From an uncultured delta proteobacterium (GTDB taxonomy: Bacteria > Myxococcota > UBA727 > VGSZ01): 64,000 bases of DNA. Positions within the stretch are counted from its first letter, which is position 1. The number at the start of each line of letters is the position of its first letter. Location of the stretch: contig CAVZJB010000004.1 of the NCBI GenBank assembly GCA_963775425.1, positions 512,001 to 576,000 of the forward strand, in the 5' to 3' direction. Under the pieces are notes generated by a model, which made no database searches, had not been told where the DNA came from, and worked only from the letters and a program-made list of their open reading frames with translations. Below are positions 47,854 through 56,645 of the stretch, one piece after another. Position numbers and translations under genes: made by a program.

Positions 47854-49122
47854 GTGCAGACCCTGCTCGTTGCGTGCGCGCTGGCCGCGGCCGCCGGCTC
47901 CGTCGACGCCGGAGCCGCCGACGGCCCCATCTTCTTCGGGACCGCCGTGCGCGGCCGCGTCTCCAAGGACATGGCGACGCACTTCAAGGCCTCCATCGAG
48001 CGCTCGCTGGCCAAGCAGGGCATCAAGGTGCTCGACGCCTCGGCCGCCGCCGAGGACAGCACCGCCACCGCGGCCGCGGAAGCGCGCGCCGCCCTCGACG
48101 AGGCCATCAGCGCCTACAACGACGACGACTGGCCCACGGCCCTCGCCGACAGCGCGCGCGCGCTCAAGAGCTTCGAGGAGGGGCCCGCCTTCACGAGCGA
48201 CGACCTCGCCTGGGGCCTCTACCGCGACATCCTCTCCTTGCGCGCGCTGACCTACCTCAAGATGCGCAAGCGGCACGACGCCGACGAGGCGGTGCGGGCG
48301 CTCCTCGTGGTGCTGCCACGTTGGGCCCCCAACCGCGAGAAGGCGCCGCCGGACCTCATCCGGCACGTCGACGACGTCAAGGACGAGCTGCGCGCGCTGC
48401 CGCCCGCGAGCATCGAGGTGCAGAGCCGGCCCTCGGGCGCCAAGGTCATCGTCGACGGACGGGAGCGGGGCCGCTCGCCCCTCATCGTCGACGGGCTCGC
48501 GCCGGGGATGCACTACGTCGGCCTCGAGGGGAAATCGGGGCGGTACACGGAGAAAGTCCCCCTGAGCGAGAACGGGGCCGCCGTCGCCGCGCGGCTCGGC
48601 AGCCGCAAGGGGGCGGCGGCGCGGGACGTTGTGCGCGCGCTGTCCAAGCCCACCACGGCGCCGGCGTTCGTGGAGGCCATCACCGGCGTCGACGACGACG
48701 CGCTCGTGATGGTGCTCCTGCCCAAGGGAAAGAAGCGGGCGACGCTCGTCGGGGCGCGGGTGCGCGACGGCGAGGTGAAGACCGTGTGCGGGGTGATCGC
48801 CGCAGACAACGACAACGACCGCGAGCGGGCCACCTTCGTCCTGGTGCAAGGGCTCCTCCAGCGCACCTCGGACGGCTGGTTGGACGAGGCCAAGGACGAG
48901 GACCTGGCCACCCTCCGCCCGACGCTGTTCGCCGGCACCGGGACGCTCGTCGACGAGGCGGAGACGGAGGAGGAGCCGATGAACCCCGCGGTGATCGCGA
49001 GCGCCATCGTCGGCGCCGTGGCCGCGGTGGCCGTCGTCGGCGCGGGCGTGGGATTCTATGTGACGCAGGAGCTGAAGAAGAATGACGGGTTCACGTACAC
49101 GGTGGACACGAGCAAGCTTTGA
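47854..49122 (+). CDS. Exported PEGA-domain protein with a TPR-like region
   Basis: Signal peptide, S.PSGAKVIVDG..RG.SPL....L.PG.H and a C-terminal hydrophobic segment. Confidence 0.8.
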   Translation: MQTLLVACALAAAAGSVDAGAADGPIFFGTAVRGRVSKDMATHFKASIERSLAKQGIKVLDASAAAEDSTATAAAEARAALDEAISAYNDDDWPTALADSARALKSFEEGPAFTSDDLAWGLYRDILSLRALTYLKMRKRHDADEAVRALLVVLPRWAPNREKAPPDLIRHVDDVKDELRALPPASIEVQSRPSGAKVIVDGRERGRSPLIVDGLAPGMHYVGLEGKSGRYTEKVPLSENGAAVAARLGSRKGAAARDVVRALSKPTTAPAFVEAITGVDDDALVMVLLPKGKKRATLVGARVRDGEVKTVCGVIAADNDNDRERATFVLVQGLLQRTSDGWLDEAKDEDLATLRPTLFAGTGTLVDEAETEEEPMNPAVIASAIVGAVAAVAVVGAGVGFYVTQELKKNDGFTYTVDTSKL

Positions 49123-49537
49123 GGCCGCGTGCCTCGTGCTCGGCCTCGGGCTCGCCGGCTGCGGAGGGCAGCCGCAGCTCATCATCACCCTCACACGCGA
49201 CCCGGCGCTCGCGGCGTCGCCCCCGTTCGTGAAGCTCCACCTCCAGGCGCTCGATCAGCCGGGGCCCGACGAGGCCGGCCCGTTCGACGTCACGGCCATC
49301 CCCAGCAACCTCTTCGAGGCGATCCCCCCGGGGACGGCCTTGTCCATCGACGTCTTCGGCTGCCAGACCGCCGCCGCCGAGCTCTGCCAGGACGACATCT
49401 CCTTCACCGCGCGCGGCTGCACCGACCACTTCATCACGCTCACCAAGGCCGAGGGCCAACAGGTGAGCATCGAGCTGCACAAGGCCGCCGACGGTGCGGC
49501 GATCTGTCCGACGCTGGAGCCCGGCGCCTCCCCGTAG
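49082..49537 (+). CDS. Hypothetical lipoprotein (start uncertain)
   Basis: Lipobox LAGC and four further Cys. Confidence 0.6.
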   Translation: MTGSRTRWTRASFEAACLVLGLGLAGCGGQPQLIITLTRDPALAASPPFVKLHLQALDQPGPDEAGPFDVTAIPSNLFEAIPPGTALSIDVFGCQTAAAELCQDDISFTARGCTDHFITLTKAEGQQVSIELHKAADGAAICPTLEPGASP

Positions 49538-49538
49538 C

Positions 49539-49769
49539 TCACCCGGAGCGTGGCACCGGGTCCTCTTCCGGATGCGCTCCCGCGACCTCGCCGGTGTCGT
49601 GCGTCCGCGACGCGAGGATCTTCAGGGCCTTCTCCAGACGAGCGACCGTCTCTTCGAGGACGCTCACGCGTTGCTCTTTCTCGACGAGCGCCTGGTGCAG
49701 GTCCTCGATCGATTGGTCGTGAAAAGCGAGCTTGGTCTCGATCTCGACGAGTCTCTCGTTGTCGCTCAC
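49539..49769 (-). CDS. slyX: SlyX family protein
   Basis: RLVEIETKLAFHDQSIEDLHQAL coiled coil with an EEDPVP-type C-terminus. GTG start. Confidence 0.85.
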   Translation of the reverse strand: MSDNERLVEIETKLAFHDQSIEDLHQALVEKEQRVSVLEETVARLEKALKILASRTHDTGEVAGAHPEEDPVPRSG

Positions 49770-49808
49770 GGGTTGCCTCGGGTACGTTGGCTGTGGGGGA
49801 TCAACATC

Positions 49809-50514
49809 ATGCACGACGTCGACGATGAGGGCAGCCTCGTTCCGCTTTTCCTGTCGGTGGGCGCCACCCTGGCCGCGTCCACCGAAGCCCTGCTCCGCTC
49901 CACCACGCGCACGCTCGATCTCGAGAGCAGCGAGGGCATCGTGCGCCGCTGGCGCCGGCGCATCTTCCGCGCGGGCGATCACACCATCGACGTCGAGGGC
50001 CGGGAGAACGTCGAGCACGGCCGCGCCTACCTCGTGATGTCCAACCATCGCTCGCTCCTCGACATCCCCGCCGTGCTCGCGGCGTTTCCCACGCCCATCC
50101 GCACGCTGTCGCCCGTGTTGTCGCGCCTCGGCTTCCTCCGCGACGTCGACGACGCTCGCGAGCGGCTGCGCGAGGGCATCTCGGTCTGGCTCGCGCCCGA
50201 GGGGCGCCGCTTCCACGACGGTGCGCTCCACGACTTCCGCCGCCGCACCTTCGAGCTCGCGCTCGACCTCGGCGTGCCCATCGTCCCGATGTGGATCGAG
50301 GGCACCGATCAGAATCCGCAAGCGCGGCTCTTTGCGCTTCCTGCCCAAGCGCCACGTCCACGTGAAGATCGGCCCGCCGCTCGACGCCGACGTCGACGAC
50401 GCCGAGCTGCTCGTCACCCGCGTGCGCGCGGCGCTCCTGGCGCTCTCGCCGTTGATGACGGCGACGACGCCTACGCCGGCCACGCTCGAGCACCCACCCA
50501 CGCTCGCAGCGTAG
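49809..50514 (+). pseudogene. PlsC-like lysophospholipid acyltransferase with a +1 frameshift at 50312-50316 (possibly a sequencing error)
   Basis: NHRSLLD (HX4D), PEGRR and VPIVP motifs. Removing one A from CAGAATCC gives GTDQIRKRGSLRFLPKRHVHVKIGPPL to the stop at 50514. Confidence 0.8.
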
Positions 50515-50516
50515 GC

Positions 50517-51132
50517 CGCGCCCACGTGGCGCGCGCGACGCCCTTGTGGCGCGCGCGACGCCCTTGTGGCGCGCGCGACGCCCCTTGTGGCGCGCGCGAC
50601 GCCCCGGTGCCTCTTGTGGCGCGCACGAGGCCCGGTGTGGCGTACGCGACGCCCTTGTCGCGCGCGCGACGCTCCGGTTCGCGCGCGACGCCCCGTGCCG
50701 CGCGCGCGACGCCCTTGTGGCGCGCGCCACGCCCCGGTGCCTCTTGTGGCGCGCACGACGCCCCGTGTGGCCCGTGCCGCGCGCGCGACGCCCTTGTGGC
50801 GCGCGCCACGCCCCGGTGCCTCTTGTGGCGCGCGCACGACGCCCCGTGTGGCGCCCCCGATGCCCCGTGTCGCGCGCGACGCCCCGTGCCGCGCGCGCGA
50901 CGCCCGTGTGGCGCGCCACGCCCCGGTGCCTCTTGTGGCGCGCGCGACGCCCCGTGTGGCGCGCGCCACGCCCCTTGTCGCGCGCGACGCCCCGTGGCGC
51001 GCGCGCGACGCCCGTGTGGCGCGCGCGACGCCCCTTGTGGCGCGCGCCACGCCCCGTGCCGCGCGCGCGACGCCCCGTGTGGCGCGCGCGACGCCCGTGT
51101 GGCGCCCCCGATGCCCCGTGTCGCGCGCGGGA
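50517..51132. repeat. Degenerate ~20-bp tandem array (GTGGCGCGCGCGACGCCCCTT-like), roughly 30 units
   Basis: Continuous variants of the unit with occasional GGTGCCTCTT inserts and no unique spacers. Intergenic between convergent genes. Confidence 0.92.
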
Positions 51133-51163
51133 CGTAGGGCGGGGGCTCGTCCCCCGCCTCGTC

Positions 51164-52096
51164 TCAGAAAAACCCGAAGCGCAGCGCCGCCGACGCCGAC
51201 GCCGACGCAGGCCGATTCATGCCGGCGTGCGAGAGCGGGACGCCGGAGCTCAGTCCGACGAGGAGCGTCCAATGCGGATCGACCTTCCACGACGCCAGGG
51301 CGCCGGCGGACACCACGAGCGCGTTCGAGCCTTCGGCGACCTTGCCGTCGAGCGTGTACGGCGCGTCCCACACGATGCCCGCGCTGCCGCCGACGACGAC
51401 GCCACCGGCGACCTCGGCGCCCGCGGAGACGCCGGCGGCGGCGGTGGGGCCGAGCGCCTCGACGCCGCCCTTGACGTGAAACGGCATGTACGCGGTGGCC
51501 CCGAGGTCCGCGTGCGCGAAGAACGCGCCGAGCGTCTTGTCCGCGGACAGCGCGGCGCCGGCGCCGAACGCGCCGCGGCTGGTGGCGTCGGTGGCGAGCG
51601 GCGCCCTGGCCTCCTCGGGGCGCCGGCCGGTGGCGAACAGCGCCGAGCCGATGACGGCGACTGTGGGCCACGCGCCCGCCGCGCGCTCGTCGGCGATCTG
51701 CCAGCGCAGGCTGCCCTGGGCGTCGCCGAGCGCGGCGCCGGCGCCGCCCGCGTCGCCCACGCCGCGCGCGGTGGCCACCGCCGGCAACGACGCCGACAGC
51801 TCCAAAGACGGCGCGAGGCGCAGGAGCGCGTACGGCTCGAGGCGTAGCTCGTCCTCGTGGTAGCCGCCGCTGTTCGGGTGGAAGGCGCCGGCGGCATCCC
51901 AGGTGCCGAGCGTGTCGGCGAGCGAGAGCCGCGCGCCGAGCGCCGCTTGCTCCCACATGGCCAGGCGCCCCACGCCGAACATCGCCGACGTCATGCAGCA
52001 GCCCGCCGCTCGCGCCGGGGATGACGCGAGCGCGAGAGCGACGACGACGCCGGCGACCGACGCGGCCGCGGATATGCACGTGGGTCTAGGGCACAT
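51164..52096 (-). CDS. Putative outer-membrane beta-barrel channel with an N-terminal CC motif
   Basis: Signal peptide ending ARA-AGCC, amphipathic strands, G..LGD....LRW motif of transporter/COG4313-like barrels, and a terminal Phe (LRFGFF). Confidence 0.65.
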   Translation of the reverse strand: MCPRPTCISAAASVAGVVVALALASSPARAAGCCMTSAMFGVGRLAMWEQAALGARLSLADTLGTWDAAGAFHPNSGGYHEDELRLEPYALLRLAPSLELSASLPAVATARGVGDAGGAGAALGDAQGSLRWQIADERAAGAWPTVAVIGSALFATGRRPEEARAPLATDATSRGAFGAGAALSADKTLGAFFAHADLGATAYMPFHVKGGVEALGPTAAAGVSAGAEVAGGVVVGGSAGIVWDAPYTLDGKVAEGSNALVVSAGALASWKVDPHWTLLVGLSSGVPLSHAGMNRPASASASAALRFGFF

Positions 52097-52538
52097 CGAA
52101 CGAGGGCGCCGCGCTGCCGCTGGCCGGACCGCTCAACGACGTGCGCAGCTCCCACTCGCCGGGCATGATGAGGTCGACGTTGTCGACGAGGTAGCGGCCG
52201 TCGCCCTGGTCCGTTGCCGATGGGACCACCGATGTGCCGTGGCCCATGCGCGGCATGTACGGGGTGATCTGGATGTCGAGACCCGGCACGCCCTGCCCGT
52301 CGACGTCGACGACGCGGAGCTCGAACGGCACGACGCCGACGATGGGCGGCTGCGGGTCGCTGCGCAGCTCCAGGTGGAGCGCGCCGTCGTCGGTGTCGAC
52401 GGCGACGAGCGCGTCGTCGGGGAACACCGGCGGGCCGTCGTCGACGGGCGCGGCGGGCGCCGCACCGCAAGCCGACAGGCCCAGCGCAGCGACGACGCCG
52501 GCGAGGGCGGGCAGGCAAACCGGGACGAGACGGGGCAT
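52086..52538 (-). CDS. YtkA/FixH-like lipoprotein (copy 2)
   Basis: Lipobox LSAC; PYMPRMGHGT...GDG.Y....V.L.MPGEWEL. Confidence 0.8.
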   Translation of the reverse strand: MPRLVPVCLPALAGVVAALGLSACGAAPAAPVDDGPPVFPDDALVAVDTDDGALHLELRSDPQPPIVGVVPFELRVVDVDGQGVPGLDIQITPYMPRMGHGTSVVPSATDQGDGRYLVDNVDLIMPGEWELRTSLSGPASGSAAPSFDVP

Positions 52539-52607
52539 CGCTGCGAGCTTATCGCGCAGAGCGGCGCGCGTCTCGGCCGGAGGGACGATGTGTGGCCCGC
52601 CGCACGC

Positions 52608-53183
52608 TCAGGGCACGTCGATGAAGAACGCCGCGTGACCGTGCTGCGAGGTCTCGCTGTCGACGCAGTTTTCGTAGAAGTGGAAGCGGACGGTCCAGCG
52701 CCCCGGCGCGTCGAAGCGCACCGGCGTGATGGTGTAGACGCCGGCATCGCCCTCGGTGGTGGCGGTGCCGGCGTTCGGCGCGGGGTGGTTGTCGTCGAGG
52801 AACACCTCGGCGCGCGCGTTGGCCCCGGCGGCGGGGGCGTCGTTGTCGGCGAGCTTGGTGGCGGTGACGGTGAAGGTGACGTCGGCGCCCTCGGTGACGT
52901 CGGAGACGGAGTACTTCACGTGGTACTTGCAGTCGTCGTCGTCACCCTCGGTGTTGAACATCGTCGCGCCGTAGTCGTCGTCGCCCGCGTCGCCTTCGCC
53001 CTCGCCCTCGCCGACGCCGTCGCAGACGGCCGGGTCGGTGAGCACCGGCGTCACGCCCTGGCAGTGGGTGTCGGCGGCGCCGTCGACGGGGCCGCCGACG
53101 TCGGCGGGAGGGGGGCACCCGGTGAGCGCGGCGACGGCCGCGAGGAGCGGGACGGAGGCGAGGGAGAGATGGGAGATGCGCAT
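52608..53183 (-). CDS. His/Cys-rich YtkA/FixH-like Ig-fold lipoprotein (copy 2)
   Basis: Lipobox LTGC, DTHC, DDDCKYHV, HPAPN and GRWTVRFHFYENC.D....HGH.AF. Confidence 0.75.
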   Translation of the reverse strand: MRISHLSLASVPLLAAVAALTGCPPPADVGGPVDGAADTHCQGVTPVLTDPAVCDGVGEGEGEGDAGDDDYGATMFNTEGDDDDCKYHVKYSVSDVTEGADVTFTVTATKLADNDAPAAGANARAEVFLDDNHPAPNAGTATTEGDAGVYTITPVRFDAPGRWTVRFHFYENCVDSETSQHGHAAFFIDVP

Positions 53184-53218
53184 GGGGAAGGCGTACCCGG
53201 ACGCTCTCTCGAGGTCGA

Positions 53219-53235
53219 TGCGACACAGCGCCGCA
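53219..53235. promoter_or_regulatory. RegA/RegR-type box
   Basis: TGCGACACAGCGCCGCA equals GCGGC-N5-GTCGC on the - strand, 36 bp upstream of the ATG at 53183. Confidence 0.62.
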
Positions 53236-53287
53236 CGCGCCGTGTCCGCGCCGCGCTCGCCCTCGCCGCGGCTCTCAGAGGCTGATC

Positions 53288-53422
53288 CGCGTCATCGAGA
53301 CCGCCGCGAGTGGCCACGAGGGCTGGCCCGATGGACCGTTGATCCGAGCCACCCGGAAGGGGACGGTGCTACGGCCACACGGCGGAGCGGAAAGGAGCTG
53401 CGAGCTCGGCGACGATGACGCG
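53288..53422 (+). ncRNA. SAM-I riboswitch-like structured RNA (divergent, orphan)
   Basis: P1 CGCGTCATCG/CGATGACGCG, GAGGGCTGGCCCGATG at 53318-53333, and AGCCACC...GGTGCT resembling P3. Confidence 0.45.
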
Positions 53423-53479
53423 CGCCGAGTTGAGCGCCGGGGCGCCGAGCTCTCCGCTCCTTTCCGCTCCGGCGGCCGT

Positions 53480-53853
53480 GTGCTCGGTGGGCTCGACCTC
53501 GACGGGTTCACAGCGAGCGCCAAGGCCGTGCAGTTTGGCGGTGGGCGCCCGATTACGAGCCCGCGGATGCTCGTCACGGTGGCGACGGAAGGCAAGGGAT
53601 CGGGAGCGCCCGGGAGATCCCGCCACCTCGGCCGCGCGGGGCCGGCGATCGCGGCAAGCACCAAAAGCAGTACAGGGCGTGGATGAAGAGCGCCGCAGCG
53701 AAGGCGCGATACCGCACGCGCCCTGGTCTCGCCGAGCACGCCAACGCCGTCGACACGCTCTACGTACGGGGGCTAGCGAAGGTGACGACGGTCGCCCTGA
53801 TGGCAGCCGTGGCCTTCAACCTGCTGCAGAACCTCGCGAAGCTCACCGCCTGA
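53480..53853 (+). pseudogene. Decayed IS1182-family transposase (N- and C-terminal remnants, middle deleted)
   Basis: VLGGLDLDGF..SAKAV..GGGRP.TSPRML, then a frameshifted GIGSAREI, then MKS..AKARYR.R.GLAE..NA..LYVRGLAKVTTVALMAAVAFNLL. IR-like TCCTCACAACCT near 53959. Confidence 0.75.
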
Positions 53854-54077
53854 AGTCCGCGCCGACGTCGCATCGAGGCACGTCGGCGCGCACACGACCC
53901 GCACGAACCCGCCACGTGCGCTGATAGCGGGATCACAACACCGCTCGGACCCGCCGTTTCCTCACAACCTGCAGCGGTTCTTGCGCGCCGACGTGCCTCG
54001 CCACGTACTCCGCGCGGCGAGCCACCTTGTGGGCGGCTTCGCCGAGTGCTGCTACGCCTTATTTTTTCGTCAGCCTT

Positions 54078-54626
54078 TCACGACTTCGGCGGCAGTTTTT
54101 GCAGCTTTCTCTGCAGCGAGCGCCGATGGATGCGCAGGCGCCGCGCCGCCTCCGAGACGTTGCCCTCGCAATCGGCGAGCACACGGTGGATGTGCTCCCA
54201 CTCGGCACGCGCGAGGGAGACGTCGGGGATCGCGACCCCGCCGGACGGCTCGACGACGTCCTCGAGCCCGAGCGCCGACAGGAGCGCCGCGACGGTGACG
54301 GGCTTTTGCAGGTAGTGGACGGCGCCGGCCTGGATGGCGTCGACGGCGGTGGGCACGCTGCCGTATCCCGTGAGCACCACGATGCGGGTGTGCGGGTCGA
54401 TGGCGAGCAGGCCGCGCAACACGTCGAGGCCGGTGATGCCCGGCATGCGCAGGTCCACGACCGCGAGCTCCGGCGGGTCCGCGCGCGCGGCGAGGAGCGC
54501 CGCCTCGCCGTCGCCCTCGGTGCGCACCGACAGGCCGCGCTCGCGCAGCGCCGCGGCGAGGCGCGTGCGAAAGGGCTCGTCGTCGTCGACGAGGAGCACG
54601 CTCGGGGCGTCGGCGTCGGCGCTCAC
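54078..54626 (-). CDS. regA: RegA/PrrA/ActR family response regulator
   Basis: LTGYGSVPTAV.A...GA..YL.KP and SLARAEWEHIHRVL..C.GNVSEAARRL.IHRRSLQRKL. Confidence 0.93.
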   Translation of the reverse strand: MSADADAPSVLLVDDDEPFRTRLAAALRERGLSVRTEGDGEAALLAARADPPELAVVDLRMPGITGLDVLRGLLAIDPHTRIVVLTGYGSVPTAVDAIQAGAVHYLQKPVTVAALLSALGLEDVVEPSGGVAIPDVSLARAEWEHIHRVLADCEGNVSEAARRLRIHRRSLQRKLQKLPPKS

Positions 54627-55813
54627 CGAAACCTCCAGACGGCGCGCGTCTCGACGCCGGGCGTGGAGGTGAGCTCGAGGGCACCACCGAGCTGCTCGGC
54701 GAGCGAGCGCGCGACGAATACGCCCAGGCCCATGCCTTCGCCCGGGGCACGCGTGGTGAAAAACGGCTCGCCGACGTGCGCGAGCGCGTGCGCCGGGATG
54801 CCGGCGCCGTGGTCGACGACGGCGACGGCGAGGCCGGGACCGGCGACGACGCTCACCTCGCCCGGGCCCGCGACGAGCGCGTTGCGCACGAGGCCGCGCA
54901 GCGCGCCGGCGACCGCGCGCCCGGGCACGGTCACCTCACGATTCTCGACGATCTCCACGATCACGCGCTCGCGCCCTCGCACGCCCTCGAGCGCCATGTC
55001 GACGAGCGCGCGCAGCGACAGCGGGCCGATGGCGTCGCTGGCAGCGTGGCCCCCGTCGAGCGCGAGCTGCTCGAGGATGGCTCGGCAGCGCGACACCTGC
55101 TCGAGCACGAGGCGCGCGTCGCCGCTGCGCGCGTCGCCCGGGTCGAGCTTGCGCAAGAGCTCCTCGGCCGCGACCCCGATGGTCGCCAGCGGCGTCGACA
55201 GCTCGTGCGCCGCGCCGCCCGCGAGCGTGGCCAGCGACGCCAGCCGGGTGTGGCGGGCCTCCAGATCGCGCGCGCGCCGCACGGCTCGCTGGACCCGGTT
55301 CACGAACAGGCACACGAGGCCGGCGGCGACGATGAACGCCACCCACATCCCCTTGAGGTGCAGCGCCATGTGCTCGTGGTGGTGGCGCGACACGTCCGTG
55401 AACAAGAAGAGGAGCCCGTACGCCACGGTGGCGATAACGGCCACCGCCCACGCGCCCGCGCCCCCGAGCACCACCGCGGCGAGGCTCACGTGCACCAGGT
55501 AGAGGAACGTGAACGGGTTGAACGGCCCGCCGGTGAGCGCGAGCAGGAGCGTCAGCGTGGCGATGTCGGCGACGAGGATGATGACCAGCGCCCCGCGGGG
55601 CACGCGGGTGACCCGGCGTCGCGCGACCTCGAGGGCCGCGTTCGCCAGCGCGTTGGCGACGACGACGGCGACGGCGCGCCCGACGGCGACCTCGTCGGGC
55701 GCGAGCCAGAGCACCGCGGCGAGCACCGCCGCTTGGGCGAACACCGCGCCCCAGCGGAGCCGCACGAGCTCGCGCAAATGGATGACACCCTCGTCCTCAC
55801 GGCCCGTCGCCAC
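54623..55813 (-). CDS. regB: RegB/PrrB/ActS family sensor kinase (start uncertain)
   Basis: LVRLRW, six TM segments, GGPFNPF quinone motif, AAHELSTPLATI, RCRAIL Cys and G.GLG.F. Confidence 0.9.
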   Translation of the reverse strand: MATGREDEGVIHLRELVRLRWGAVFAQAAVLAAVLWLAPDEVAVGRAVAVVVANALANAALEVARRRVTRVPRGALVIILVADIATLTLLLALTGGPFNPFTFLYLVHVSLAAVVLGGAGAWAVAVIATVAYGLLFLFTDVSRHHHEHMALHLKGMWVAFIVAAGLVCLFVNRVQRAVRRARDLEARHTRLASLATLAGGAAHELSTPLATIGVAAEELLRKLDPGDARSGDARLVLEQVSRCRAILEQLALDGGHAASDAIGPLSLRALVDMALEGVRGRERVIVEIVENREVTVPGRAVAGALRGLVRNALVAGPGEVSVVAGPGLAVAVVDHGAGIPAHALAHVGEPFFTTRAPGEGMGLGVFVARSLAEQLGGALELTSTPGVETRAVWRFR

Positions 55814-55846
55814 GGGCTCCCATAGCAAGGCTGCGCCGTCCGCGCC

Positions 55847-55863
55847 TGCGACACGGTGCCGCA
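55847..55863. promoter_or_regulatory. RegA/RegR-type box upstream of regB
   Basis: TGCGACACGGTGCCGCA, 15/17 identical to the box at 53219-53235. Confidence 0.65.
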
Positions 55864-55922
55864 CGTGAGCGGCGGGCGCCGCTGCGGGAGCGAGACGCGG
55901 CGGCGCGGCGGCCGCCCTCATC

Positions 55923-56645
55923 TCAAGGGTTGAGGAACGTGATCAGGTCGGCGACGTCGTCGTCGCTCAACTGTTCCTTCGTGAACGGCGGCATGCTCCC
56001 GCCGATGCCGAAGAACGCGCCGTGGCGGATCTTCTCGATGACAACGAGGTCGGCAGGAAAGCCGATCTCCTTGGCGAAGCTCTCGCTGGCTTCGGGCACG
56101 AGCACCGCCAGCTCCGTGAGCCGCCCCTCGCCTGTGTGGGGCGCGCCGTGGCAGACCGCGCACGCGTGATCCCAGATGTCGGCGCCGTGGCTCGCGTCGC
56201 CCTTGGGCAGCGAGACGACGTTTTCGACGATGGTGAGCGGCAGCGTGTCCTCGCCCGCATCTCCACCGGGCGCGTCGGCGGCGCTCGAGAGGTACTCGTA
56301 GATCGCGCGGGCGCGCGGGTCGTCCCGGGTGAACGCCGTTCCCCGCATGAAGAACGTGAAGCACGCGTTGGTGGCGTCGAGGAGGTTCGTCGAGTACCCG
56401 CCCCAGAAGCGCGTGCGCCGCGCCGCGTTCTTCAAATCGTAGCCCGCGAAGACGCGGTCACCGGGGTCGCCCATGGCATGGCACGTGGCGCAGGAGAACT
56501 TGTTGACCTCGCTGTCGGCGAGCCGCGCGTCGTTGAAGAGCTGCTCGCCGACGTCCTTGGCCGGGACGGGGCCGCAGCCCGCACCGAGCCCCATGAGCAG
56601 CGCGGCGCCCGCGAGCGTGACGACGAGCGGCGTGCGGGGCGTCAT
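55923..56645 (-). CDS. Di-heme c-type cytochrome lipoprotein
   Basis: Lipobox-like GAGC, CATCH and CAVCH, and a GSMPPF axial Met. Confidence 0.88.
   Translation of the reverse strand: MTPRTPLVVTLAGAALLMGLGAGCGPVPAKDVGEQLFNDARLADSEVNKFSCATCHAMGDPGDRVFAGYDLKNAARRTRFWGGYSTNLLDATNACFTFFMRGTAFTRDDPRARAIYEYLSSAADAPGGDAGEDTLPLTIVENVVSLPKGDASHGADIWDHACAVCHGAPHTGEGRLTELAVLVPEASESFAKEIGFPADLVVIEKIRHGAFFGIGGSMPPFTKEQLSDDDVADLITFLNP

Noticed and set aside
50517-51132. CRISPR array, or the Arg/Ala-rich ORFs crossing this repeat
   Set aside because: There are no unique spacers, no constant repeat and no cas genes. The ORFs are translations of the repeat.
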